Shown here piece after piece: positions 62,790 through 64,000 of a DNA stretch of 64,000 nt. Position numbers and translations under genes: made by a program. Location of the stretch: NCBI RefSeq assembly GCF_036321535.1, contig NC_087437.1, forward strand, positions 117,368,001 through 117,432,000, written 5' to 3'. The stretch comes from Camelus dromedarius. Lineage: Eukaryota. The notes beneath the pieces were generated by a model, which had not been told where the DNA came from, did not search any database, and saw only the letters and a program-made list of their open reading frames with translations. Each line of letters begins with the position of its first letter. Position 1 is the first letter of the stretch.

Positions 62790-63580
62790 TCTGTATGGGA
62801 CATGAAAAACATCCAACCCCAAATGAAGGACATTTTGCAAACTGTCTGTCTGGTTCTCCTGAAAACTGTCAAGGGCATCAAAAACAAGGAAAGTCTGAGA
62901 AGCTGTCACAGCTAAGAAGAGTCTAAAGAAACATGATGACTAAATGTCATATCGGATCCTGGATGGAATTCAGGAAAGAAAAAAGGACATCAGAGGAAAA
63001 CAGGAAATCTGAGTAGAGCCTGGGCTTTAATTAATAAGAATGAATCATTAACTGTGACAAGGGTACCAACTCTCTTGAGCTATTAGTAAGCAGGGAGGGG
63101 GTGGTACATGAGAACTCTCTGTACTATAAAAGGGATTTTTCGGTAAATCGAAAACTACTCTAAAATAAAAAGTTTATTTAACAAACAAAAAATCCATGTG
63201 GAATCCGAAAGAAACCAAGAAACCACCAAAAAACACCCCTAAGCTTTAGATACAGAGAACAGATTGGTGGTTCCCCAGAGACAGGGGGAGGGCGAAATGG
63301 GTGAAGGTGTCAAAAGTTACAAAATTCCAGTATAAGTCCTGGGGATGTCATGTACAGCATGGCAACTGTAGTTAATAATACTATATTGCATATTTGAAAG
63401 TTGCTAAGAGAGTAAATCTTGCAAGTTCTCATCAGAAGAAACAAATTTCGTTAACTATGTGAGGTGATGGATGTTAACTAGACTCACAGTGATAATTTCA
63501 CACTATATACATGTATTGAATTATTATGTTATACACCTGAAATGAACATGTTATATGTCAATCATATCTCAATTTTGAAG
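62790..63580 (+). mobile_element. Two adjacent old L1 3' ends (L1MC-like ~62790-63180, L1MA9-like ~63195-63580)
   Basis: aaaactgtcaagggcatcaaaaacaaggaaagtctgagaagctgtcaca, then gatacagagaacagattggtgg...gttgctaagagagtaaatctt, similar to 50560-50850. Confidence 0.8.
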
Positions 63581-64000
63581 AAGTCCAGATACTTAACAAA
63601 ACAAGCCACCACCTCCCTACCAGAGAGGAACCCTAGTATGCAGTGGTTGATGGGTTGACCAGCAGGGGGCAGGAACCTGGCCTGTAGAGAGACACCTGAA
63701 ATCACATCTTTCAAGATAAGGGCAGTTTTCTGGGTGAAGGATTCGGTTAGTGAAGCACCTTCTAAACTTTACCATAAATTTCCTAATGAAAAGACTGTGC
63801 AGGAGAGCAGGAAGAGCTCGGGGAGACTTCAGAGTCAGAGACAGAGGCAGAACTCCCGGCTTACTGATGGTGTGACTCTTGGCCACGCAATGAGATGTCT
63901 AGAGCCTCAGTTTTAGTCTCTGAAATGGGTATGATAATACCCACCTCTCACGACTGTTGGGCTGATTGAATGAGACTGTAGAAATGGCCCCCTACTCAGT

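Noticed and set aside
40000..64000. IGSF5 immunoglobulin-domain coding exons expected from synteny
   Set aside because: No Ig V/C-set peptide resembling IGSF5 was found in the ORF track; the gene body probably lies beyond the window.

Overview
Mammalian (eutherian) genomic DNA, most likely a camelid, judged from tRNA-Ala-derived Vic-1-like SINEs and the style of the young L1 3' ends. The only protein-coding gene I can support is the single coding exon of B3GALT5 (678-1613, +), probably followed by a very long (~10.7 kb) 3' UTR ending near an AATAAA at 12310. The remaining ~50 kb is repeat-dense intergenic DNA (towards IGSF5 if human synteny holds; no IGSF5 coding exon was recognised). It contains young and old L1s, ERV1-type solo LTRs, MaLR/ERVL LTRs, a decayed ERVL internal region, L2/MIR, hAT and Tigger DNA transposons and simple repeats. 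I see no CRISPR, no prokaryotic system and no convincing novel gene. The most interesting observations concern retroelement structure and regulation: two L1 copies sharing one chimeric 3' UTR junction, an unexplained A-tailed insert inside an LTR, an L1 whose apparent 5' terminus is fused directly to ORF2, an L1 inserted into another L1's target-site duplication, and candidate HNF1 and CTCF sites. Repeat family names are from recall of consensus sequences, not from a search, and boundaries of old repeats are approximate.
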